DNA of 64,000 nt from Anthoceros angustus (GCA_010909165.1 VJWM01000205.1:186001-250000); one strand, 5' to 3'. Counted from the first letter of the stretch, positions 38,628 to 51,492 are shown. The notes: generated by a model from the sequence alone, not told the origin. Translations and numbers: made by a program.

Positions 38628-41600
38628 TGTGGGACTTTGATGGCGGCCGGCGCGCACAATCCGTGTCGTTGTAGGAAGAAGTCCGTTCCCAAGGGAATGA
38701 TAGGCCCGTTACGCGTTTGGTGATTCTACCTCTTCGGTCCCGCTCGCGACTCAACTACACTCCACTTCACGTTCCGGGCCGGTGTATAAGCGTTTAAGGA
38801 CCGTTTCGTCCATCCGTTCACATCCTCCTTTCCTCTCTCTCTACACTCTCACCTTAGAAAAGCGCGGATTTCGGACCTCCTCGTTCCGGGCCTCTCCGTC
38901 CGGCTCACCCTCCAGTTCCTCCGGCTCACGTTCGATCGGTCCGTTCGGCGCGGCTCTCGGCGAACAGTCACCGGTCACCTTCCCACCACACCACAGCGTT
39001 AAGTCGTCACGGGACCTTGATCAATCTCCCGGGTATCGTGCACCTTTCGGTGACTCGGGACTCACGTTAGCAAGAAGACTCCAGCAAGAGCGGCATCAAC
39101 ACCAAGAGAAAGATGCTTTACTAGGCACCTCGGCCCTCTTATCTGCGCCCAAGGCGGCGTCTTTATTACACCTATTACGGTGATAGCCATTTCGGTATCG
39201 GCCGCCTACCTATTTCCCCTATCTCCTTCGCCCATTGTGGGAAGGTCACAGGCCGCCTCGGAATGGGTGGTCCAATCCCCGTCACGGTTGTGGTGCACCA
39301 ATCGGATGATCCGTGAGGCGGCCTCCTCTCTCCCGGAATCACTGTCGGGTTGGGCTCTGGCGGCGGTCGACAGCGCCAGGCGTCATCCTCCCACAGCCTC
39401 ACAGGTCCTTGCCGGTGGGGCCACCCATCTGCTCCCCTAAGCGTAAGTCGAAGGGGCTCCTCCTTCTTCTTGGCGGTCCGGTCCTCGAGGTCTGACTCCA
39501 CGAACTTGAGTCCGGCTTATTCACAGGTCGGGCTAGGTCCGACCTTGTCTGGGTCCGGACTCTCGAGGTCCGGACTTATTAAAGTCCGGACTTGAGTCAC
39601 TCTCAGGGGTCCGGACAAAGTCGGACTCCGCCAGGTTTCCTCCTCACGGGACTCCTCGTGGCTCTCCCTCGAAGTCCTCCATGTTCCCGATCGCCCGTGA
39701 CTCCCGTTGGCCCCTCCTTCCATGGTGAGGTCGGGTGCTTACCTCGATCGCATCCGCTCCTCGTGCTCCTCGGTTGCTCCTCTCCGCTCCGTCATCTCCA
39801 AGCAGGCCACTAGGGTCCTGTCTTTGTCCCCGTGTCATCTCCTTGAGCCTTCCAGGTCCGTCCCGTCTGCTGACGTCGAGAGGCTTCTCGCCCGGGGCTC
39901 GGCGTGGTAATAGGCAAAGTCAGATCGACTTGTTGAATTGCCTCTTCCACGTGTGCGGGCACCTACTCCCTCGCCATAAGTGTTAAAGGGCGTCTTTGCC
40001 CGGCTTGTTGGGCCACCTCTCACCCGGTTGTGGTGGGCAGGGGCTATCACGAGGCTACAAGGCGGCCTCGGTCACCTCCTGCAGCATTTGCTCCACTCCG
40101 CTCCGTCGTTTCCTCCATTGACTTACCGCCATAGCGTTCCCTTCCGCCTTTCTCGGTGGACCGGCGGCTTCTTTTCGCTTGCTCGCGCTCCTCCGTTCAT
40201 TCGGCCTTTAGCTCATGACTCCCTCTCCAGGCGGTCGGATACCTCCGTCAGACTCGGACTTCCTCCGGCTCCTTACGTGGCACAGCAGCGTCCAACTCCT
40301 TGGATAGTCGCCGATTTTCCTCCGTCTTGAGACCGGGCACTCTATTTCGTGCTCAGTCGTGGATTCTCTCGTTGAGAATCACTGCTCACGCATCTTGGGT
40401 TGTAGCTCCAGTGTCCTTCTTGTCCTCCATCTGCTGCCGCCTCTCCTCTACTTCCTGCTGTACTCGGAGATCCCCTATCTCCCAGTCTTGGCCTCCATCT
40501 CCTCCTTGGCCTTGCTCCATAGCCTGTCGGCCGTTAGCCTCGGTCTGTGACTCTCTCCACGGTTCCGATCACGTCTGTAGTGATCCGGTCGCTCTTTGAC
40601 TTGAGCTCCTTCGCCGCCTTTACAGGCTCGCCCACTTGGCCTCTGGCCGGGCCGCCTCCGCGGTCCCGAGCTCTCTGCACGTGCGGGCCTCTTCCGCCTC
40701 TGCTGCGCTTCTTCGCCCAAGGTCCTCCGCGCTTGGGCCTCTGAGCTTGCTTTGTGACGGTGAAGAACCTTAACCCGATCTGCTTGAACCGCCGGGCCTC
40801 GCTCCGCCACCGGCGTTTCCCTTCCTCGATCCGGAGGGACTCCGCCTTTCCTTTGCCCCGGCCGCCTTCACTTGCTCTTGGGTTCCACCATCCTCCTCGG
40901 GTGGCCTCCACTTCACAGGTCTTCTCCATGTACCACGAGACCCCAAAGCATTCCGTCCATGTAGCAGGACTCGCCGTGTTTCTTCCACGGCCAGTGAGGC
41001 CCCACAAAGTCCGTAGTGGGGCCGGCATTTCGGTCCGAGGACCTCCATACCATGATCCGGGAGTAAGTCGGTGGGTTCTCGGACCTAATCGGGACCCTCG
41101 GTCACGAGTGGTGTCAGAGTCTCACCCTCTTTGGCCCTCTTGGCCTCTAACTCCTTTGTGCCCTCTTTCTCACAGGGCTCGGAGGAGGTGAGGGGTCAGA
41201 GCAAGCTCTTTGCCCCTTCACAGCCGGGGGACGGGGCCGGCTCGAGGTGGGGGCTGCGCGTGACCTCCACTTGGCCACGTCCCTTTCCCTCCTTACGCCT
41301 CTTGACCTCTTGCCACTCCGTGGGCGGGGGTAAGTCTGCGGCACCTTCGAGGTCTGCGTTGGTAAGCGGCACCGTCTTCGCCTCTTGCTCCGTTGAGTTC
41401 GTCGGGGCTCGGCCGTCGTGGTTGTTGGGCTCTGTCTGGGTGCGGGCCAGCGCTCCCTCGGCTCCCTCACATCTTGCTCGGAGGGCACCAAAAGGAGGAA
41501 GGGGAATCTCCTCCCAAACTTCCACAGGTGGTGAGGGGTTCGCTCGACGTATGGAGTCAGGAATCCTCGATCGTCCTCCCCTCCGCTTGGTCTTGAAGGG

Positions 41601-42873
41601 CGACCCCCACCTCAGGCGCCCTTGCACGCTCTACTTGGCGGGGCCTCCGGCCCCTTGGGCGCCCGTTCAAGCTCTCCTCCTTGAGGAGCTCGAAATGTCC
41701 CCATACATGAATCGGTGTGGGGTCGCCCGATGGCGAGGCTTCTCGCTCCTTAGCTTGCGTGCCTCACAGGCAGGCGAAGATAATCCTTCCCGGTCGCTCT
41801 CTTCCCCGGGGCATGCGAGAATACCAGCAGGTTATCACCAAGGTGATCCACCTTGGTGGCGAGTTCAATGGACAATGATCCGGGCTACCGCCCTTACTCA
41901 TCCGGCGGATCGGATATCAACCATCCGTTGGTTGTCCTGCGTTCGAGCCTCGGCATCGCGGTGGGCGGCCCTATCTTCCCCGCCGCCTTAAGGGGCTCGG
42001 CACCGCCCCTTCTTCCCCGGGCGGTTGTAGGCCATCCTCGGGACCTCAAGGTCCATCGCCTCGGGTCCTCCGGAGGTTCTTGGATCGGACCTCCTTGTTG
42101 ATCGCCCAACATCTTCGGCAAACTCCGGACTAGAGTTGTCAAGGTCGAGACCATTTGGAACACGTGCCATTCCCCACCAATTCCTGCTTCCTCCGGCCGG
42201 GGCCGTCCGGATAGCGCGGGTCACAATGTTGCGCTCCACGGTCCATGGCTCCCTTCCGCGGCTTTTGGGTGCCATTGCCTTCTCCTCCTCTTGTTCTTGT
42301 GGTAGCGAGTCGGCACGATGTTCCTCCGCCGCGTTGTTGCTCCAACCTTGGCCAGTGAGCGCGCTCTAGGCGGCGGCGCCCAAAAGCGCGAGCGGATTGC
42401 GGGCGCAAGGGGCTGAGGATTATGGAGGCTGCGGACCTCCTCCTTGGCGCGCTTGTGGAAAGCCGCGGGAAGGCGCCTCTTTGTCCCTGCGCCGGGCATG
42501 CCTCGCTTGCCTGCGGCCTTCGCGCGCGCGCCGCGGGCGTGAATACTGCCTGCGGCCTGCAGCAGGTTACGGTCTGACCTCATGCCCGACCTCCACTCGG
42601 GGCCGTCCGTGGCGCCGCCTCGTCATCCTCACGCCTCCGCTCCTAGGTTACTTTCCTGGCGTACTTATCTGTTTGACACAGGTGGGTTCGGACTTATCCG
42701 TTACTCCGTAGTCCGGAGCTTGCCATAGTGGTCCGTTGTTCACTCCGGTCCGGAGTATACTCGAGGCTCGTCCGGCGCTACCCCAATTTATTCCTCCTTT
42801 TAGCCTTATTTATCCTTCAATCCTAAAAAAAACCCTACTTATTTCTTAACTCCCGGGGAGTGCATAGCCCACA
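38628..42873 (-). repeat. 5' LTR of the Gypsy element, 4246 bp
   Basis: TGTGGG...CCCACA inverted termini, adjacent to the PBS, homologous to 27050-32860. Confidence 0.9.
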
Positions 42874-44092
42874 AGGCGTTGGCGGCAACAGGACACGCAA
42901 GAGGAGGCGCGGTCGGTGCCCTGCCTCCTCTCCACTTCACTTTCGTCGGTAACATTGGGTAGGAATGAGGGCTAACCTTAGCGGCAAATGCCATTTGAAA
43001 TCGATCCAATCGGTGAAATTGAGATCCTCCTGCACCTCCTCAAAGGGCCTTACGGCCGGGTGCCATCGCCACTTGGACAATATCATATTATCCAAGTGGG
43101 TATCATATTATCAACACAGTCATTAAAAGAGGGTTTTATCCCATTCTTCAAAATGACATTCCACAAACAGAGAGTCCACAGTCTTTCAATTGACATGATA
43201 GAGAGCCTATCTAGGGCGCAAGCCGGCCAGCGCCCTCCGTGATGTATTCATGGACACTATTCAATAAATTCATCAAAACTAAACATGGTTCTACTTTGGA
43301 AAGAAACAAAAACGAAGGTTGTGTGTGAATGCCGACATGGCGGCATCCACAACGACTGGGACAAAAACCGTAAACTTTAAAACGAGCACATGCAAGCGGC
43401 TACGCGAATGAAAGATGTTATATTTCTGCTCATTCAATTTAAAACATACATTCAAACGGTTGAGGGAATGGGTTACTTGTTTGATAAAGGCAACGATTCA
43501 AACCCACTAAAGCCAAAATCCGGGCATGCATGAATGTCCTCGTAAACCAAAACAGCAAAGGAATGATGCATAGACTACGACTACAGCTGTCAGATGCTTA
43601 CGCAAGTGCTTGATGAGGCAGGAGTTGGGGAGAATGAAGACGCCAAGTCCATGGGCAAGAACAACGGCTTTGATAACCCAGAAGTGGAGCGCATGTGGAA
43701 CTTAGAAGTGGTCATACATGAAGTGTTGGCTCAAGGCCCAGATGACTTACAGATTAGTTGCCATGGGGGACCAGGGCCGAAACACATGCCAGGAGCTATG
43801 ACCTCCGTAATGCAATGGTCGCAGCCTTCAATGAGCTCGACAAAACGGAAGAAACTTGAGTGAGCCATAGCTCTCTTCACCAATTTGATTCCTTTATAAT
43901 TTGCGACCATTAATATAATCTTATTAGTAATTTCAAACTCGCGATCAATGATTGAAAGATATTTGCCATGATTTTGGGTTTAAAACTACAAATTCTTCAA
44001 TATGCTGGCCAAAATAAGGACATCCGAATCGAACCATAGACCATTCCCACTTAGCCCTTCTATCAAACCATACCTTAGCCAATGGGGGCCGG

Positions 44093-44261
44093 CATGCCAA
44101 CGTCCTTAAAATCAACAAAGTTGGTTGCCCATGTGCCCATGCCAGCGTCCTTAAAATCAACAAAGTTGGTTGCCCATGTGCCCATGCCAGCGTCCTTAAA
44201 ATCAACAAAGTTGGTTGCCCATGCGCCCATGCCAGCGTCCTTAAAATCAGCAAAGTTGGTT
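44093..44261. repeat. 45-bp tandem repeat, ~3.8 copies
   Basis: CATGCCAGCGTCCTTAAAATCAACAAAGTTGGTTGCCCATGTGCC. Confidence 0.93.
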
Positions 44262-45579
44262 TATTAAAATGCTAAAGGTTTTGAACTCAAGACCTAATTG
44301 GTTCCTATATTTTTTTTTTCCAACCACTTGACAACTATCCCGACCTGCAAAACTCTTGAACCGCTAATTATTTTTTTTTCTTAAAGGCAGCCCATAAGGA
44401 GGACATGCATGGGAAGGGCGCCGCCGACGCCTACCCATGGGAGCCGGCCGGCCGGCGCCCATGGGCAGGTGTTTATGGTCCGAGGACCATTTATTATTTA
44501 ACCTAGGAAACAACCCAACCCCATAGGCCAAGGACATTTTTAAGTATAATTATCCCTTCCTACTGACAACCTGACTCACTTTAAAGTGTGGTGTTAAATA
44601 ACACCACACTTAACAAAAAAAAACAAAAAAAATCACTGAAAGGCACAATCCAACATGGAGTTTTCAAATCCAAATAGTTTACAAGCACGCTACCACAGGA
44701 GAGGATAGAACCCCGATCTGTGCCCCACACCTTGACCAGAAGCTTCAACCTCCCCAGATTTCTTGTTCAGACCCACAGCTGAAATAACAATCCCAGGATC
44801 TGTTGTAGGTACACGCGACAATTTGCAGCAAGACACCACAATACAGAATTTGATGCCCACACTGGATTAAGGATCGTTGCTGACAAATCACAAGCGATAC
44901 TTATCCGTGTGAAAAAATGTGTTGTCCCTTGTGCTGTCAAACCATGTTTTTCTCAAGAATAGGAATTGGCACGGATTACGAGAGGCGAGCAATTCTCATC
45001 TGCAAGAGCTCCAGGATATCGCCACATTGCGATCTCACCGCACATGGATTTTAAATTGCAATCTTGCGAGTTGCTCACCGATGGATCGATTCTGCCCATC
45101 TCTTGTGAAGGCGCCCAGTAGAGACACCCGGTAGGAGGAATTTCCGATCTAAATCGGTGCTTTTTTCATTGCACCTCTTTGCTGAATTTGCCTGCACACA
45201 ACCACATTGGTCCTCCTGTAGGTGTCACTTCACAAGATTGGGACATGTCGGTTGATTTGACCTAACTGAAACGTCATAAAAAATGAAAAGGCATTTTTTT
45301 TAGGGTTTGCCCACAATTCTTGGCAACCGTTCATAGTAGCGAGGAAGGAAAGTTGAGGAGTTCAGCACGAGCAGGGCATAAGCTACCTCCCCTCTCGACC
45401 AGACACCCTCTCCCATATTGTGATCATCAGAATTACATATAAACAAATGATGCATGAATACCTACTTGTACTGTTAGAGCCATAGCTCTTTATAGTCTGT
45501 CTAAGCGTTCATGTCCACCGCAAAGACATCCGAACGCACTCACTCATTAGCCAGCAACTCACTTTACATCAAACCAATC

Positions 45580-47960
45580 ATGACCATGGCGCAAAGATCA
45601 AGATGCACACCTTCCTTTACCTCAGAACTTAAGGAGAAAGATAGGTTTAAAGGACAGGGCTACTCAATATGGAGAGTCCGCATGAAGAGCATGCTGGTTG
45701 CTCGTGGTGTTTGGGCCGTTGTGGATGGAACTTCCAAGAAACCAGAACTCACTGCTAATCCTACACCCACTGCCGATGACATTGCCAAGTGGGATTTGGC
45801 AATGTCATCGGAGGCTTAGACGCTGACCTCGTCCCTGAAGTCGAATTCTTCACCGCTGCAACTGAGATCTGGAACCAGCTCGAAAAGACATACAAAGTTC
45901 AAAACATGATGGCTCTCTACGCAGTTCGGCAAGAGTTCTATGCGCTTAAAATGAAAGAAGGTGACAAAGGTGGCAGCTCATACCAGATTTTCATCATCAG
46001 GGGCACATGGCATCAATGACCGCGAAAATGTCCGGGTTGGTGATGTGGGCCCACCGCTAACCGCCTTCCGCCTCCTACCAAGCATTTGTTACAAGCCAAA
46101 ACCAATTCGGACCGGACAAGACATACCGCGACTTCCTCCGCTAATCTGACCATCACTCTAGAAGAAGTGATTGGTGCCTTGCTCCAGGAGGAGCAAAGTC
46201 GCGCATTCTCTGCTGGTGTTCATAAGAGCAAAGCGGAGAAGGTGTTAGCTGTGAATTTCCGTTCATCCAATGGCAAGAACAAATTCAGAGGGGGAAACAA
46301 CACCTTTCGACAACGGAAAGGAGAATCCTCCAACACCAAACGACCAGGTTCCTGCAATTGGTGTGGTACCCCTGGCCACTGGGCAAGAGAATGCCGTAAG
46401 AAAAAGGCAGGTGAGCCGCAAAAGCAACCCAAGCTTGCTGCAAACGTGGCAGTCAAGGACAAAGCAAGCGATTCGAAGGCATTTGTGAGGATCCTTACCA
46501 TCTGCTTGTCTAGCTCTCTACAAGATGATGGCTGCTGGTACCTGGATTCTGGTGCCACCATTCATATTTGCAGAGACAGGGAATTGTTCACTTCCCTTAA
46601 CCTTGCTCATGTCCATGACTAGGTGCTTCTTGGTGATGAGTAGTCTCAGACAAGTCTACAGATTGAAGGTCGAGGCACATGTGTGTCTACGCTGCATGAT
46701 CACACATCTCTCGTGTTAGAAGATGTTCTCTTCGTCCCTAGCATGGCCAAGAACCTCATGTTGATGAGTCAGGTAATGCGATTACGTACCTTTCTCATGC
46801 GTGCATATTTTGATACTTGCTGTTTCTACAGAAAACAGTCTCCTAACAGATGTGTCTTCAAAGGCATTCTAGAAAATGACATGTACAAGATAGACATAAC
46901 ATGTTACACGCAGCCTGTCCAACATGCTGCTCACTCAACTGGAGCAAAGTCACTTAGCTCTCAACAGGAGGCCATGTTGTGGCATGCTCGCTTAGGACAC
47001 TCAATCGTTCAAAACTGATAGACATGTCGATCACCGAGTGTCATCGTGAGCCACTCCCTAAGTGTTTCAAACACTTGCCTGTGTGTGAGTCTTGCATCTT
47101 AGCAAAACAGAAAGAATCTCCCTTTCCAAATGCACCTGCACACAGGGCAACAAGTCCTTGGTTTAGTCCACGCTGACATATCAGGAAAAATTCATGAGCC
47201 ATCACTAGGGGGCTCGCAGTATTTTTTCACATTGACAGATGACTACAGCAGATATACCTAGACATTCCCGATGCAGCTAAAGAGTGATACATTCTCATGT
47301 TTTAAGGACTGGCTCACTACTGTACAGAGACAGTCTAGCATGCTACTCAAGGTGCTCAGGACGGACAACGGGACAGAGTTTGTCAATCAAGCTTTTGATG
47401 ACTTGCTGCAAGAACATGGAGTTCTTCGCCAACTCACTGTCCCATACACGCCACAGCAAAACGGTGTGTTAGAACGTAAAAATCAAACTCTGTTGGCAAT
47501 GACTCGAAGCATGCTAATTTGGGCGGGATTACCTCAAGGTTACTCGGCAGAGGCCATCGTTACTGCGACGTACATTCTGAACAGGGTTTTGACGAGCTCT
47601 GTTCCACACAAGACTCCATATGAGGTGTTCTGGTTTCGCAAGCCCGGCTTGCTACACTTGAAGGTCTTTGGATCTCGAGCTTTTGCACACATTCCAGCTG
47701 ATAAGAGGAAGAAGCTTGAACCCCGTTCGCAAGGACTCCTTTTTGTTGGGTACAGTGACACTGCAAAGGCATACAAACTGGTCAATACCGAAACTGGATC
47801 CATGGTGCTTGCACGAAGTGTGATTTTTATTGAGCCTACACCTCCAGCCTCCATTGGGGACAACCACCTACCTTCATTATCGGACCTTGTAGACCCCACA
47901 GCCACATAATCAGATCTTGCAGCCTGTGACTATCCTCTGGACGATATGGAGCAGGCAGCC
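45580..47960 (+). mobile_element. Ty1/Copia 5' half: gag, zinc knuckle, protease, GAG-pre-integrase and integrase; truncated before RT
   Basis: YSIWRVRMKSMLVARGVWAVVDG, CNWCGTPGHWAREC, WYLDSGATIHI, LWHARLGH, CESCILAKQ, LRTDNGTEF, PYTPQQNGVLERKN, KRKKLEPRS. Contains stops and frameshifts. Confidence 0.95.
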
Positions 47961-48111
47961 CCCGTGCTTGATGTGAATGTTCGTTTCACATGTCAATTAG
48001 GCTCCGACCCATGAACCCACAGTTGCGTGACCCTAGATCATATGCATTGACTTTCTGCACTACTCTGTGGTCGTTTCTTCCATAAAATAAATGCCCAAAG
48101 ATGATTTAGAG

Positions 48112-48322
48112 ACTATGCTCTGATACCATGTGAAGAGAGCAAGTTGCTAGGCATAGCAGACAGAATATATGAGCGCAAGCATTTAGAATTAATACACACA
48201 TAAGAAAGTATGTCTTATATACAAACCTAAGTGTCCTTTGGATATTAACCTTGAACTAAACTAACCATGATCGCTGGTTATATAAACATAATCCTAACGG
48301 GGGTTATCTTAACACTTCAACA
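48112..48322 (-). mobile_element. Short Copia-type 5' LTR (~48129-48322) followed by a tRNA-iMet PBS; internal part lost
   Basis: Minus strand reads TGTTGAAG...CTTCACA|TGGTATCAGAGC, with a TATA-like TTTATATAA inside. Confidence 0.8.
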
Positions 48323-49384
48323 CAATGATGATGTTATTTAGAGGCACATCTTTCAAGTAAGAAGATGGTGGATGAAGCTCAACATATTAGCTAATCATCA
48401 ACGTTCTTAGCTTTTCTTTCTCTAATATTGCTGGGGTTAAGGGGATGTGTTAGGCGATAATCCCAGCGTAGTTAGAGTAACCATCTACTCTACTAAACCA
48501 TCACCAATTTTGTACTTAACCTATAACCCCGAAATGAACAAACACACTCTGTGCTTTCGGCTCTCGCTTAGGCTCATGTTTTCTTGCCTCTCAGTGCCCC
48601 GCACTCCCGTAACATGGTAGCTGCGCTTCTCTTTGATCCCGTCTGCTATCAGCAACTCCTAAGCTATGCGTGTAGCTGGGGCGGATGCGGCATCCGTGTT
48701 CTCTCCTTGTTGTCCCATCGCGCTCTCCAAAGCCGTGCAAATTAAGCTTTGCCGCATGCACGTCAAGAATCGGCAAGTGCTTTAAAATCATGTGAATGGA
48801 GGTTGGTTATGATTGAGCCAGTCGATGAAACCCAGGTTGGAATCAACACTTCCCAAGCCATCATGTGCGACCTTGGGCTCAACAGGGTTAACGACGTTAG
48901 GTTGAGGATTTGGCCGTGGCAACTGGCTAGACTCCAGGTGCTGTTGAATCTTATGTTGTTGTCCTTCCTGTATCAGATGATGCTGCAAGTGATTTTGTTG
49001 TGCTTCCAGTTGTATAGGATGTTGTTCACTCCCCTGTCCATATTCTTCCTGGATCGGCATCGGTAGAATTTGCTGCTCCTGGTGGTACGGAATAAATTGT
49101 TGTTCCTCGTTATGGCTCTTGACTTTCGTGCGCTTTAGACTTGGCTGGGATTGCAACTGTTCTTGCGAATTATGCTTCAGACTTGGCTGATAGTGCACCT
49201 GTTCTTGATGACCACGCTTTAGACTTGGCGGATAGTGCGCCTTTTCTTGCCAACCATGCTTCAGACTTTGCTGGTCTTGCAGCAGTTGTTCTTGCGAAAC
49301 AAACTCGATTCTTTCGATATTGCAGGTATTCCCCACAGCGGTCAGTCGCAGGTCCGGTTCATGATCCGATGTTGTTGAGCCGCA

Positions 49385-49620
49385 GGTCTTTGTTGGTGTT
49401 GGTGCTGTTGTTGGTGGTGGTGCTGTTGGTGTTGTTGTTGGTCGTGGTGGTGCTGCTGCTGGTGTTGTTGTTGGTTGTGGTGGTGGTGCTGGTGTTGTTG
49501 GTGGTGGTGCGGTGGTGTTGTTGGTGGTGGTGCGGCCGGTGTTGTTGGTGGTGCGGCCGGTGTTGTTGTTGTTGGTGTTGTTGTTGTTGTTGGTTGTGGT
49601 TGTTGTTGTTGTTGTTGCGG
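49385..49620. repeat. (GTT/GGT/GCT)n low-complexity triplet tract
   Basis: Directly visible; reads as poly-Q/H/N/T on the minus strand. Confidence 0.9.
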
Positions 49621-49808
49621 GTATGAGGTTCTGTGATGTCACTGTCAATTTCCTCGACCAAGCACTTCGGTCTAGGTTACAAATCTGCTTCGCATGGCTT
49701 GGCACTTCAAAAGATTGAGTTGTTGCTGCTTCAAAAGATTTTGTTGGCCTGTATGGTTCAACGGTGGTTCAATAAACATTGCTGGTGGCTTAGATGTAAG
49801 GCTGATGG

Positions 49809-51175
49809 TCATTTAAAATATTCGATGAAAATTCGCCTCACGGGCTTATTTGTGGTTGTTGTTGTTGTTGTTGTTGTTGGGATCGTTTCATCAAATCGGC
49901 GCCGGTCGCTTTGTTCTTGCCCATTCTGTTTCACATTCAAAATCTGCTGTTGCCGTTCTTGCTGTTGCTCCCGAGGAACTTGTTGGTGCTGTATTTGATG
50001 ATACGTCATTGAATTAGGTGAGGGTACCGCTTGATTCTCCCACATATAACTTTGCGATATGAGCCGGCGCTGCTGCTCCTCCATGCCCGAGGAAGATGCC
50101 GAAAATGGGAAACTCTGCTGCTGCTGCTGCATGTGCCACAATTTGTTTACGGTGAGGCCCTCAGGCATCTCAGGCATTTGAGGATGATTTTGGTGCTTGC
50201 CGAATGCCCATGCAGATTTCGCAACACTTGACTCCAGCACCGGTACCTTGCCATCTCCACCTGCGCCACTCCTAGGTCTAGCCGTATCCAAGTCCGCCTG
50301 GAAATACTGCCTCCTCCCAGCCTGGAATGGCATCTGTCCTAGGCATGCACCACCACTCGCACGCCTCACCTGTTGGCTGTGGAGCCTCGCGTGGTGCTGA
50401 TGGTCAATTTGCTCCAGCCTTGCCTGCACCATGTGGCGCTTCTTGTTTATCTCATCTATTAGGTACTGCAGCTCTTCAACGCTGCACTGGCACAACATGG
50501 CATATGCCCCAGCCCGCTGGTTGCACCCCTTTTCATGCATCTTCTTTTTTGCATTCATTTCTCGCAACTACATCCACCATGCACTCATGTCAGAAAAACA
50601 AAAACAAAAACAATTTCGCACCTGGGCCCGGCGTGCGCATGGAAACCGAATCCCACCTGCTTCAGCTCGTTTGCATTCTTCTTGATGAGGTTTTCCAGCA
50701 AAGCCGTGTTGTCCTGTTTCCTCTTCTCCTGCTCCTCCTTGGGGATGGCTTTATAGCGCTGAATTACAGCCTCGACGCTCGGCTGCCCCACGAACAAATT
50801 TTTTCTCTCATTGTTCTTCTGCTTGTTGGTTTCCGTGCCCATGCCATAGCAAATGAGGCATGCGTCCACGTCGCACAGCACCGCTAGCTCCATTACCTTC
50901 TTTTCTACTCCAAAGATGCGCTTCCTGAACGTGATCTGCCGCTGGTGCTCGTTCATGATGGGCTTGATCTTGATCTTAACCTGGCTTGGCTTCGAGATCC
51001 CCTTTTCCTCAGGCTCGCCACCACCTCTAGCTCCTCCTCCACCTCTACCTCGTCCTCTCGCGCCACTAGCATTGCCACCAACAGCAGCAACTCCATTCGC
51101 AATCCCGGCAGCAACGCCAACAGCAACAACACCAGCAAAATCACGGCCTCTGCCGCCCCGGGAGGATGGTAACAT
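49809..51175 (-). CDS. Type I MADS-box transcription factor, 2 exons (51175-50658, 50567-49809), Q-rich C-terminus
   Basis: KIKIKPIMNEHQRQITFRKRIFGVEKKVMELAVLCDVDACLICYG...VEAVIQRY. In-frame splice AAGCAG|GT...AG|TTGCGA. Coiled segment SVEELQYLIDEINKKRHMVQARLEQI. No MIKC exon structure. Confidence 0.85.
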
Positions 51176-51231
51176 CTCTTGCAAGCTCACATGGGACGAA
51201 TCAATTGCTTATATGAAACGAAGCAAGTGCA

Positions 51232-51475
51232 TGAATCCGATTCCAAAGCCAAGGTCCTCACACAGACAATTGAATCCGATTCCAAAGCCAACCTCACACA
51301 TACAATTCAATCCGATTCCCAAGCCAAACTCACACAGACAATTGAAACTTATTCCAAAGCCAACCTGATACATACAATTCAATCCGATTCCCAAGCCAAA
51401 TTCACATAGACAATTGAATCCGATTCCAAAGCCAACCTCACACGGACAATTGAATCCGATTCCAAAGCCAACCTC
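51232..51475. repeat. 36-bp minisatellite (~6.5 copies) upstream of the MADS ATG
   Basis: ACAATTGAATCCGATTCCAAAGCCAACCTCACACAG variants. Confidence 0.92.
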
Positions 51476-51492
51476 TCAGAGCAGAGGCCATG

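Larger units (their letters stand above)
27050..42873 (-). mobile_element. Ty3/Gypsy LTR retrotransposon (non-chromovirus, Athila/Tat-like), ~15.8 kb, heavily frameshifted
   Basis: Two homologous LTRs, PBS-like TTTTGGCGCCG just inside the 5' LTR (38617-38627) and PPT GAGAAGGGAGTA (32861-32872). Internal gag-protease (VLLDTG)-RT (RQYKLNPKYS, PFRDDILDKVAG)-RNase H-integrase (GIDFVGPI, LLYDSR) order. Confidence 0.93.

Noticed and set aside
44476-44506. Helitron 3' end (hairpin plus CTAG)
   Set aside because: Identity with the 22146 copy extends ~14 bp beyond CTAG and the next base is G, not T
49141-49718. Hydrophobic poly-V/L/C ORFs on the plus strand
   Set aside because: Antisense reading of the (CAA/CAC)n tract
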